In this document: in pieces, positions 1 through 7,871 of the stretch | Layout of the letters: every line of letters starts with the position of its first letter | Position numbering within the stretch: position 1 is the stretch's first letter | Source: a bacterium | GTDB lineage: Bacteria; Patescibacteriota; Doudnabacteria; UBA920; VMFF01 | DNA length: 64,000 nt | NCBI GenBank assembly: GCA_021811585.1 | Contig: JAJZOG010000014.1 | Coordinates: 2,577-66,576 of the forward strand | Direction: 5' to 3' | Translations under genes and position numbers: made by a program | The notes under the pieces: generated by a model | Database searches by the model: none | Seen by the model: the letters and a program-made list of their open reading frames with translations, nothing else | Told to the model about the DNA's origin: nothing

Positions 1-455
1 TTGACGAAATTTCAAAAAAATATATATTGCCCGAAGAAAATACTTTTGATTTTGCCTTGATGTATGTGCCTGCGGACGGCGTTTTCCATGAAATTGCCGA
101 TGACGTGGAAATTTACGAATATGCGCGCGCAAAGCGCGTGCACTTGGTTTCCCCGTCGACTTTTTATTATTTTTTGCATGTTTTGGGAATCGGGCTCCAG
201 CGCGAGCGCATCAACGAACAGGCCGAACAAATTTTAAAAATAATTCAGGGCCTGAAAAAGGATTCGGAAAAGTTCGGTTCCAATTTGGCGGTTCTCACCA
301 AGCATGTTAATAATGCCAAGCAGACGCTCGATCTTGTGGGTTCTTCGTACGAAAGAATCCACAGCAAGATAGGGGAAATGGCAGGGTTGAAATTGGAAAA
401 TAGCGGCGAAACAGGCGCGCTTGCAGCGCCGCAAACCGAGGATTTCAAAGATTAA
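1..455 (+). CDS. rmuC: DNA recombination protein RmuC, C-terminal part (5' end outside window)
   Basis: The ORF is open to the window start. The visible C-terminal half has RmuC-family conserved blocks (FDFALMYVPADGVF...VHLVSPSTF). Confidence 0.7.
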   Translation, partial: DEISKKYILPEENTFDFALMYVPADGVFHEIADDVEIYEYARAKRVHLVSPSTFYYFLHVLGIGLQRERINEQAEQILKIIQGLKKDSEKFGSNLAVLTKHVNNAKQTLDLVGSSYERIHSKIGEMAGLKLENSGETGALAAPQTEDFKD

Positions 456-494
456 GTTTAATTCTTTTTTAATTTAACTATTAAGCAAAACATT

Positions 495-1106
495 ATGGCG
501 ATCAGAAATCCTTCACAAAGAGTGGGCGTGTTCGTGGATGTGCAGAATTTATATTATTCCGCGCGCAATATTTATAATGCCCGCGTGAATTTTAATGAAA
601 TTTTAAAGGCGGCTGTGGGCGACCGCCAGCTTTTGCGCGCCAATGCTTATGTGGTGCGCGCGGACATGCCCGAGGAGCATACTTTTTTCGAGGCGCTTGA
701 TAAAGCAGGTTTCCAGGTAAAAATGAAAGACCTGCAAACTTTTTACGGCGGCGCGCAGAAAGGCGATTGGGACGTGGGAATATCTGTTGATATCATTAAA
801 CTGGTGAGCAAGCTCGATGTTGTTGTCTTGTGCACCGGGGACGGCGATTTCGTGCCGCTTATTGAATATTTGCAAATGTCCGGCTTGCTCGTGGAGGTTG
901 CGGCATTCGGCAAAAGCACATCCAGCCGCCTCAAAGAAGCTGTGGATGATTTTATCGATTTGGACGAAAATACGAAAAAATATTTAATCCCCATAAAGGG
1001 TTTTAGGATATTTCATAGGAATGGAAATGCAAACGGGAATGGGAATGGGAATGGCGCTGCCGGCGGCGAAGGTGGCTTGCCGAAAAAAGGCTTGAAAAAA
1101 TCCTAA
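495..1106 (+). CDS. NYN-domain (LabA-like) protein with C-terminal GNGNGNG repeat
   Basis: VGVFVDVQNLYYSAR...VVVLCTGDGDFVPL matches the LabA/NYN nuclease-fold motif. The (GN)n repeat at 1015-1060 bp is low-complexity. Confidence 0.65.
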   Translation: MAIRNPSQRVGVFVDVQNLYYSARNIYNARVNFNEILKAAVGDRQLLRANAYVVRADMPEEHTFFEALDKAGFQVKMKDLQTFYGGAQKGDWDVGISVDIIKLVSKLDVVVLCTGDGDFVPLIEYLQMSGLLVEVAAFGKSTSSRLKEAVDDFIDLDENTKKYLIPIKGFRIFHRNGNANGNGNGNGAAGGEGGLPKKGLKKS

Positions 1107-1107
1107 T

Positions 1108-1563
1108 TTGATGAAAGTTGTACTGGATACCAATGTTTTTATAACCGCATTTAAGGACGAGTATTCTTATCAGAAGCGGATTATAGATGAAATTATCGGC
1201 GGACGGCTTATGGCTTATGCCAACAGGCAAACTTTGCGCGAAAACCACCTTATTTTACGGCGGATGATAAATGACGGGGCGTATTTGAAGGAACTTAACA
1301 ATCTTTTTGCCAAAATAAACGTGGTGGAAAACAGGCGGCAAATTCACGCGGTCTCGGATAAGGAAGATAATAAAATTTTGGAGTCAGCCGTGGAGGCAAG
1401 GGCCGATTTTTTGATTACAGAAGACCGCGCGCTTTTGGAGCTGAATCCGTTCCGAGCGGTTAAAATTGTGGAGCCGGGCGAGTTTTGGGTTATATATGAA
1501 GAAGAAACCGGCGAAGATCCCTGGCAAAAATGGATTAAGTTCGTAAAAGGGAGCGGTAATTAA
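1108..1563 (+). CDS. PIN-domain protein (TIGR00305-like putative VapC-type nuclease)
   Basis: The N-terminal MKVVLDTNVFI plus later acidic residues (DKEDN, ITEDRAL) fit a PIN fold. The start codon is 1 nt after the NYN stop. Confidence 0.65.
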   Translation: MMKVVLDTNVFITAFKDEYSYQKRIIDEIIGGRLMAYANRQTLRENHLILRRMINDGAYLKELNNLFAKINVVENRRQIHAVSDKEDNKILESAVEARADFLITEDRALLELNPFRAVKIVEPGEFWVIYEEETGEDPWQKWIKFVKGSGN

Positions 1564-1600
1564 TAGTTGGTAGGTGGTAGTTGGTAGTTGGTAGTTTATA
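1561..1600. repeat. Heptamer tandem repeat (TTGGTAG)n, copy 1 of a 3-locus family
   Basis: ttggtaggtggtagttggtagttggtag lies directly upstream of the helicase start/RBS. Confidence 0.8.
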
Positions 1601-1620
1601 GTGGAGGGTTAATAAGTGTT

Positions 1621-4600
1621 ATGAAAAATATTGGGAAAAAGCCACTAAAAAAATTCGTGCAAGCATCGGTGCAAGAAGTTGTGCAAGCAGCTGCGCAAGC
1701 AGCCGCGCAAGAATCCGTGCCGCCTGCCCAAGCAGCCATGCACACAACTTTGGCAAACTTGAATGATGCGCAAAAAAAGGCAGTGCTTTTTGGCAGCGGC
1801 CCTTTGCTTATTGTGGCAGGCGCGGGCACTGGCAAAACAACAGTGATAACGCGCAGGATAGCGCACCTGATTTCTTCGGGCGTAAAGTCCGATGAAATTT
1901 TGGCGCTCACTTTCACGGAAAAAGCCGCGGCTGAAATGGAAGAACGCGTGGACATACTTTTGCCTTACGGATATCACGATTTGTGGATTTCAACGTTCCA
2001 TGCCTTTTGCGAACGCATTTTAAAGCAGCACGCCTTGGATATAGGCGTTTCCAACGATTTCCAGCTTTTGGATTCTGTCCAGCAAAAAATTTTAGTGCGG
2101 AAGAATTTGGAAAAATTCGACTTGGATTATTACCGGCCCCTGGGCAATCCTTCGAAATTTATCAATGAGCTTGTGAAATATTTCGGTAAGCTTAAAGACG
2201 AAGAAATTTTTCCGGAAGAATATCTGGAATATGCGCAGAAGATCAAGTTGGATAAGGATAACGCCGAATTTGACGAGGGCGAAGCGCAAAGATTGAATGA
2301 ACTTGCAAATGCCTATCACGTTTATCAAAAATTGCTGCTCGACAACAATGCGCTGGATTTTGGCGACCTTATAAACTACGCGCTGAAGCTTTTCCGCAGG
2401 CGCAAAAAAATTCTTGAATTTTATCGCGCCAAATTCAAATATATTTTGGTAGACGAATTTCAGGACACAAATTTTGCGCAATACGAGCTGATTAAGCTGC
2501 TGGCCGCGCCGAAAAATAATCTGAATGTCGTCGGCGATGACGACCAGAGCATTTATAAATTCCGCGGAGCTTCCATTTCCAACATCATGCAGTTTAAAAA
2601 AGATTTTCCAAGCGCGGCCGAAATAACGCTTGCGGAAAATTATCGTTCCACCCAGGATATTTTGGACCTTGCCTACAAATTCATCCAGCAAAATAATCCC
2701 GAGCGCCTGGAAGCGCAGCTTGGCCTGAGCAAGAAATTAATTTCACCCCTCAAGGGAAAAGGGGAAATAGCCACGCTTTCGGCGCCAACGCTCGCGGATG
2801 AAACCGAGGCGGTTGCAAAGAAAATCGAACAAATCCATAAAGAAACAGGCGCGGATTGGAACGAGTTCGCCGTGCTCGTGCGCGCCAACGACCAGGCCGA
2901 CGCGTTTATTTCCAAATTTTCCGCCAAGGGCATCCCTTACACATTTTTCGCCAACAAAGGCCTGTACAAAAAGGCATTCATCGCCGACCTTATCGCTTAC
3001 ATGCGCCTGATTATTGATCACCATGACAGCGCGAATTTATACAAGGTTCTGTGCATGGAAATTTTTAGAATCAACCATGACGATTTGGCAACCATCCTCC
3101 ATTTTGCCCGCAAAAAAACCCTCTCGCTCTACGAGGCATTGCAGGTTTCCGAAACAATCGGGGGAATAAAAAAAGAAAGCGCGGAAACAATCCGCACTTT
3201 GCTCGGCATGCTTTCCGCGCACGCCTCCCTGGCGGCGCAAAAAAGTGCCACAGAGGTTTTTGTGAAGGCGGTCCACGATTTGCAAATAGGGAACCGGTTG
3301 AACGAAGATACTTTGGAAAATTCGCAGGATAGGAAATTGCTGGAACAATTTTACCGGCGCATGGAAAAGTTTACGGCAGAAAACGCGGATAAATCCCTGA
3401 AAGCATATCTGGATAATTTGGATTTGGAAGAAGACGCCGGGGAAGAGGGCAAAATTGATTTTGATCCGAACCAAGGACCGGAAAGCGTAAAAATTTTGAC
3501 AGTACACTCTTCCAAGGGCTTGGAATTTTCTTATGTTTTTATTGTTAATTTGGTTAAGCAGCGCTTTCCAAGCATGAATAGAAAAGACAGCATTGAAATT
3601 CCCGCGCCGTTGCTTAAGGAGGCCTTGCCCGAAGGGGACGTGCATCTCCAGGAAGAACGCCGCCTTTTTTACGTGGCCATGACTCGTGCCAAGCGCGGTT
3701 TGTATTTTACTTATGCTTTGGATTACGGCGGCGCGCGCACAAAACCGCCTTCGCAATTTTTAATCGAACTCGGGCTTGTCAAAGAGCCGCAAAAAAGCGT
3801 GGAAATTCTGCGCAAAGAGCAGAGCATCGCGAGGCATTACAATTACGATCCGCACGTTTTCATGCCCAACGCGTTTTCGTATACGCAAATTTCCGATTTC
3901 AAACGCTGCCCCATGTCTTTTAAATATAAATATCTGATACATATTCCGGTCGAGGGCAGCGCCAACCAATCTTTTGGAATTACAATTCATAAAACCTTGG
4001 AAGATTTTTTGAAGAGGTATAAGGCAGGCCTGGAAATGACCCAGCTGGAATTGTTCGGCACGGCGCGCGGCAAAAATGACGGCGCGGAGTCGGCTGCCCG
4101 CAAGCTTGCGAGTGAGGAGTTGGCTGCCCGCAAGCCCGTGAACGCGGAATCGGGCGATAAAGTGGCATCTAAAATTTCCGTTGAGGGCGAGCTGTTTAAA
4201 ATTTATGAGAAAAATTGGATTGATGAATGGTATGAAACCAAAAAGCAGAAAGAAGAATTCCGGGAGCGAGGCAAGAAAATTTTGAAGAGTTTTTATGAGG
4301 AATTTGTCCAAAATCCCGTGGCGCCGAAATACATTGAGGAGAAGTTTAATTTGAAATTGGGCGAATATTTTTTTAGCGGCAAAATCGACCGTGCCGATGC
4401 CGAGGCTCAAGGCCTGGATATTGTGGATTATAAAACCGGTGCGAAAAAAGAAGAAACCAAAGAAGGCCGCCGCCAGCTTATGATTTACCAGTGGGCGGCG
4501 CAGGAATTTTTGAAAGAAAAAGTGGTTGGCCTTAAGTATTGGTACTTGTTCGATAATGTTTTTTCCGAAAGTTTTGTGGCCAGCAGCGAAGATATTGCCG

Positions 4601-4719
4601 AGCTTAAAGCAGGGCTTTTGGAGGATATCGAGGAAATTCGCCGGGCGGTTGCGCAAAATTCTTTTAAAGCGCTGGATGCTAAAATTAAGCATGACTGCAA
4701 GTTCGAGAATTTGGAATAA
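1621..4719 (+). CDS. UvrD/PcrA-type SF1 helicase fused to a C-terminal PD-(D/E)xK (RecB/AddA-like) nuclease domain
   Basis: Walker A GAGTGKTTV, motif II YILVDEFQDTN, motif III VVGDDDQSIY. The C-terminus has YTQISDFKRCP...GKIDRADAE...IVDYKTG (PD-D/ExK). The ATG at 1621 is preceded by GGAGGG; the track's alternative start at 1588 is less likely. Confidence 0.85.
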   Translation: MKNIGKKPLKKFVQASVQEVVQAAAQAAAQESVPPAQAAMHTTLANLNDAQKKAVLFGSGPLLIVAGAGTGKTTVITRRIAHLISSGVKSDEILALTFTEKAAAEMEERVDILLPYGYHDLWISTFHAFCERILKQHALDIGVSNDFQLLDSVQQKILVRKNLEKFDLDYYRPLGNPSKFINELVKYFGKLKDEEIFPEEYLEYAQKIKLDKDNAEFDEGEAQRLNELANAYHVYQKLLLDNNALDFGDLINYALKLFRRRKKILEFYRAKFKYILVDEFQDTNFAQYELIKLLAAPKNNLNVVGDDDQSIYKFRGASISNIMQFKKDFPSAAEITLAENYRSTQDILDLAYKFIQQNNPERLEAQLGLSKKLISPLKGKGEIATLSAPTLADETEAVAKKIEQIHKETGADWNEFAVLVRANDQADAFISKFSAKGIPYTFFANKGLYKKAFIADLIAYMRLIIDHHDSANLYKVLCMEIFRINHDDLATILHFARKKTLSLYEALQVSETIGGIKKESAETIRTLLGMLSAHASLAAQKSATEVFVKAVHDLQIGNRLNEDTLENSQDRKLLEQFYRRMEKFTAENADKSLKAYLDNLDLEEDAGEEGKIDFDPNQGPESVKILTVHSSKGLEFSYVFIVNLVKQRFPSMNRKDSIEIPAPLLKEALPEGDVHLQEERRLFYVAMTRAKRGLYFTYALDYGGARTKPPSQFLIELGLVKEPQKSVEILRKEQSIARHYNYDPHVFMPNAFSYTQISDFKRCPMSFKYKYLIHIPVEGSANQSFGITIHKTLEDFLKRYKAGLEMTQLELFGTARGKNDGAESAARKLASEELAARKPVNAESGDKVASKISVEGELFKIYEKNWIDEWYETKKQKEEFRERGKKILKSFYEEFVQNPVAPKYIEEKFNLKLGEYFFSGKIDRADAEAQGLDIVDYKTGAKKEETKEGRRQLMIYQWAAQEFLKEKVVGLKYWYLFDNVFSESFVASSEDIAELKAGLLEDIEEIRRAVAQNSFKALDAKIKHDCKFENLE

Positions 4720-4730
4720 GGCGGATTTTT

Positions 4731-4739
4731 ATGGTATAA
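4731..4739 (+). promoter_or_regulatory. Extended -10 promoter element (TGgTATAAT)
   Basis: tggtataat lies 5 nt after the helicase stop and precedes a GC-rich repeat-bearing leader. Confidence 0.4.
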
Positions 4740-4923
4740 TTTTTGCAAGCCGGCGACAAGCCGGCGACAAGCCGGCGGTTTGGCTCCTCGCCATGCGCCG
4801 CACTCGCCATGAGCCGCATATGAAATGCGCCATGCATGTAAAATCCGCGTGTAGCGAGGCACCGTGCATGTGAGGGCCGTATACGCAGGTGCCGTATACG
4901 CTGCGTAGAAATGGCTACCATCA

Positions 4924-5292
4924 ATGCTTGAAAACGTAAAAAGACAATTCGTGCTCCTGCTTTTGCTCTCGGTATTATTTTTATTTTGCACGATTGTCAT
5001 CATCGCGTTTGTGGATCCGTTTGCCGCGCATTGGCCGCTTATTTCGCTCTTTTATTTTTGTTTATTCCTTTTTTGTTTCAGTTTTTCCACTTTTATTTTT
5101 TATTTTCTGCGCAACAGGTTTTCAGCAGGCCTTTACAGCAAAAAAATAGGCGCCGCAGGCCGCGAAGCGTTTTTACTTTCGGTTTTCGCAATCGTTTCGC
5201 TGGCGCTGGCTTCAAAACAAATTTTGTTTTGGTGGACGGAAATGGGGCTGGCAGTTATGCTGATCACAATTGAATTATATTTTTTGATTTAA
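4924..5292 (+). CDS. Small polytopic membrane protein (hypothetical)
   Basis: Three to four hydrophobic helices, Phe/Leu-rich. Confidence 0.5.
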   Translation: MLENVKRQFVLLLLLSVLFLFCTIVIIAFVDPFAAHWPLISLFYFCLFLFCFSFSTFIFYFLRNRFSAGLYSKKIGAAGREAFLLSVFAIVSLALASKQILFWWTEMGLAVMLITIELYFLI

Positions 5293-5339
5293 TCCTTGGC
5301 GCGGTGGCGCGCGCAAAATAAAAAGTTCAAAATAAAAAT

Positions 5340-7262
5340 ATGGATGTCAACCAATTTGCTTCGGAAAAAAATTTGAAAGACGCGAGCAGCGGCAATATCG
5401 GCGCTGGCAATGGAAATATAGGCAATGGATCACAGCCGCCATCTCCGAAAATACCGGAAGAACTTGTTTTTAAAGTGATGCCCAAAGGATTTCCATTGCC
5501 AAAAATAAATTTTAAACAACCTGCGCCCGAGCCTGTGGCCATGGCCGCGCCTCATTCAACCGCGCCGGCGCCATCATCATCATTAGCATCGTCGCCATTG
5601 CCTCCGCCGCCTCCACCACCACTGCCGCCACAATCATCAGTGCCGGCGCCACAATCATCGCCGTCACCATTATCAGCGCCACGATCCTCGTCGCTACAAT
5701 CATCACCATCACAATCATTATATGGAATACCCCAAACTTTTGCGAAAAAAGCATCGCCGGTCCCACCTTTAAAATCCTTGCCAACCTCGATGCCGCCCCC
5801 AAGGGCAGCTCCAATTTCACAGGTTCAATTTTCACATGCTTCGCAGGCAGCGCAACCGCAAACTCCGCAGCTCGGGGCCGCTGGCGCACCAGCATCAAAT
5901 AATGCAGGGCAATCTCCTAATGCAGGACAATCTCCGAGTTCACTCGGCCTGCTTCAGAACGATTTTGATGCCGGCCTGTTTCAGAGCAGAATGTCCGGCA
6001 AGAAAATTTTATTTTTTGCCGGCATAGGAATTATTGTTTTGATTCTGCTGGGCAGCGGCATTTATGCCTACACGCGGCTCTCGAAAAAATCTCCGGCTCC
6101 AATTCCCGCGTCCCAAACAGCCGGTTCCGGGGAAATTCCGGGCAGCGGAAATTCACCGGGAGCAGGGTCGTCGCCAAATTCGAGTCAGACCCCGTCCGTA
6201 CAATCTCAAATACCATCTTCTTGGCTGCAAAAATATTTCGGTGAAACTGTCTGCGCAGACCAAAATGTCTGCGGCGATAATGCAGATCCTGATCACGACG
6301 GCCTCACAAATTTGGAAGAATACAAACTCGGCACTGATCCGAACAACCCCGACAGTTCTGGGAGCGGGATTGCGGATGGCGATAAGGTTCATGTTTTTAA
6401 TTTGGATCCGCTCTCGGATCACACCGCGGGCATTTTAAAATACACCGATGCAGGCGATTTAAAATATAAATATAATTCGCGTACGCACCAGCCATTCACA
6501 GCCGAAGATTTGGCGAAAATCGCAGCGAACATAAAACAATATGGGTTGCACGAACCCACAATTATGACCTTAGGACCCGATCTTGTAAATTTTTACACCA
6601 ACGGCGGCGGTGTGGCGGCGGGCGGGAATTCGAGCCCCACAGAAGAGCTTAACCGCGATACCCAGCGCGCGGACACCATCAAACAAATTAGCTTTGCTCT
6701 TATAAAATATCAACAAAGCAACGGCTCGTATCCGGATACAAATGATTTCACGACAATGATAGCAGATATCCAACCCATTCTTTCCGCAGGCCGAGCGATA
6801 AATACAACGGATCCGCTTAACACGCCCCCTTATATTTATGGCTACCAGTCCGTAAATAGCGGCGCGGATTTTAAGCTCTCTTATTTTTCCGAAACGCAGA
6901 ATCAGGAAATTGATATTGATGCCGCGGAAGCCCTGCAGGAGTACAGCAAGGATCAGGAAGACCAGCATGATGCCCAGCGGCAAAACGATTTGCAGCAAAT
7001 TGCAAATGCTTTGGAATTGTACTCGAATGACAATGCCAACCCAGCCGATCCTTCACAAAAGGTTTTTCCTTCAGAAACAAGCTGGAAAGAGGCGATTTCA
7101 AAATATCTTTCGCCAATCCCCGTTGACCCGAAAACAGACCAAGATTACACTTACACAGTTTCCCCGGACAACACACGTTTTGCGATTCAGGCGGTTTTAG
7201 AAGACCCTCCGACAGGGGACAAAGGTTATGTTTGTTCCCAGGATGGGTGTACGTATTACTAG
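5340..7262 (+). CDS. Proline-rich membrane-anchored protein with two pseudopilin-core-like repeats (hypothetical)
   Basis: It has a PPPPPPLPP tract, a single TM (ILFFAGIGIIVLILLGSGIYAYT), DPDHDGLTNLEEYKLGTDPNNPD (calcium-binding-like), and two segments resembling the GspG/pilin core (ADTIKQISFALIKYQQSNGSYP; DLQQIANALELYSNDNANP). Confidence 0.55.
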   Translation: MDVNQFASEKNLKDASSGNIGAGNGNIGNGSQPPSPKIPEELVFKVMPKGFPLPKINFKQPAPEPVAMAAPHSTAPAPSSSLASSPLPPPPPPPLPPQSSVPAPQSSPSPLSAPRSSSLQSSPSQSLYGIPQTFAKKASPVPPLKSLPTSMPPPRAAPISQVQFSHASQAAQPQTPQLGAAGAPASNNAGQSPNAGQSPSSLGLLQNDFDAGLFQSRMSGKKILFFAGIGIIVLILLGSGIYAYTRLSKKSPAPIPASQTAGSGEIPGSGNSPGAGSSPNSSQTPSVQSQIPSSWLQKYFGETVCADQNVCGDNADPDHDGLTNLEEYKLGTDPNNPDSSGSGIADGDKVHVFNLDPLSDHTAGILKYTDAGDLKYKYNSRTHQPFTAEDLAKIAANIKQYGLHEPTIMTLGPDLVNFYTNGGGVAAGGNSSPTEELNRDTQRADTIKQISFALIKYQQSNGSYPDTNDFTTMIADIQPILSAGRAINTTDPLNTPPYIYGYQSVNSGADFKLSYFSETQNQEIDIDAAEALQEYSKDQEDQHDAQRQNDLQQIANALELYSNDNANPADPSQKVFPSETSWKEAISKYLSPIPVDPKTDQDYTYTVSPDNTRFAIQAVLEDPPTGDKGYVCSQDGCTYY

Positions 7263-7441
7263 GGTTACTGGGGTCCAACCCAAACCCCCAACCTAAACCC
7301 CTGATCCAAACCCCCAATCTAAAACCCTAACCTAAAAAATAATGCACTTTTAAAGGACTTTTTCTTAACTTCTTCTTAAATACTTAATAAAAAACCCTGG
7401 ATTAGGGTTTTAGATTGGGGTATTAGGTTGGGGGTTTGGGT
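7263..7441. repeat. Long imperfect inverted repeat built from C-rich/G-rich heptamers, with a G4 motif on the + strand
   Basis: The 5' arm 7272-7330 (ccaaaccccc aacctaaacccc...) is mirrored by the 3' arm 7384-7441 (gggtttta gattggggtattaggttgggggtttgggttgg). Confidence 0.8.
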
Positions 7442-7450
7442 TGGACCCAT

Positions 7451-7819
7451 ATGCAAAATATTATTACTGCAAAAGTTTTAGAATGGCACAAGCATCCAAA
7501 CGCAGACCGTCTGCGAATAGTCAAAGTGGATGCGGGGCCAGAGCATGGAATTATAGAGCCGGTTGTGTGCGGCGCGACGAACTTTGATGTTGGCGATATT
7601 GTGGTTTTGGCGCTGCCCGGCGCGCACATAGCGCAAAATATTCACAGCGAAACGCACGAGCCATTTATTTTAGATAAAGCCGTAATTCGCGGCATCCAAA
7701 GTCAAGGGATGCTTTGTGCTGCCTTTGAATTGGGCCTTAGTAGCGAGCCGGAGCCGATTATTTTAGTACTCCCTTCTGGAACCCTTGTGGGTAGCGAGTT
7801 TCAGCCACAAATGGTATAA
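7451..7819 (+). CDS. Standalone tRNA-binding domain protein (PheT-N-terminal/CsaA/Trbp111-like OB fold)
   Basis: AKVLEWHKHPNADRLRIVKVDAG...VVCGATN...GDIVVLALPGA...QGMLCAAFELGL matches the tRNA_bind (EMAP/Myf) motif set. ATG at 7451. Confidence 0.75.
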   Translation: MQNIITAKVLEWHKHPNADRLRIVKVDAGPEHGIIEPVVCGATNFDVGDIVVLALPGAHIAQNIHSETHEPFILDKAVIRGIQSQGMLCAAFELGLSSEPEPIILVLPSGTLVGSEFQPQMV

Positions 7820-7871
7820 TTTTAAATTGTAACCTGGCCAACATCAGCCAACACCAACTCACGGCACCCAT

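Noticed and set aside
1596-4692. Numerous 60-310-aa ORFs antisense to the helicase-nuclease gene (e.g. 2092-2691, 3037-3756, 3760-4692 on the minus strand)
   Set aside because: They sit entirely inside a well-supported 1032-aa gene with a complete SF1 motif set. They have no motifs. They are typical stop-poor antisense frames.
7263-7441. Reading the CCCTAAA/TTTAGGG units as eukaryotic telomeric contamination
   Set aside because: The element is short and flanked on both sides by typical bacterial genes. It forms an inverted repeat; a telomeric tract would be tandem and unidirectional.
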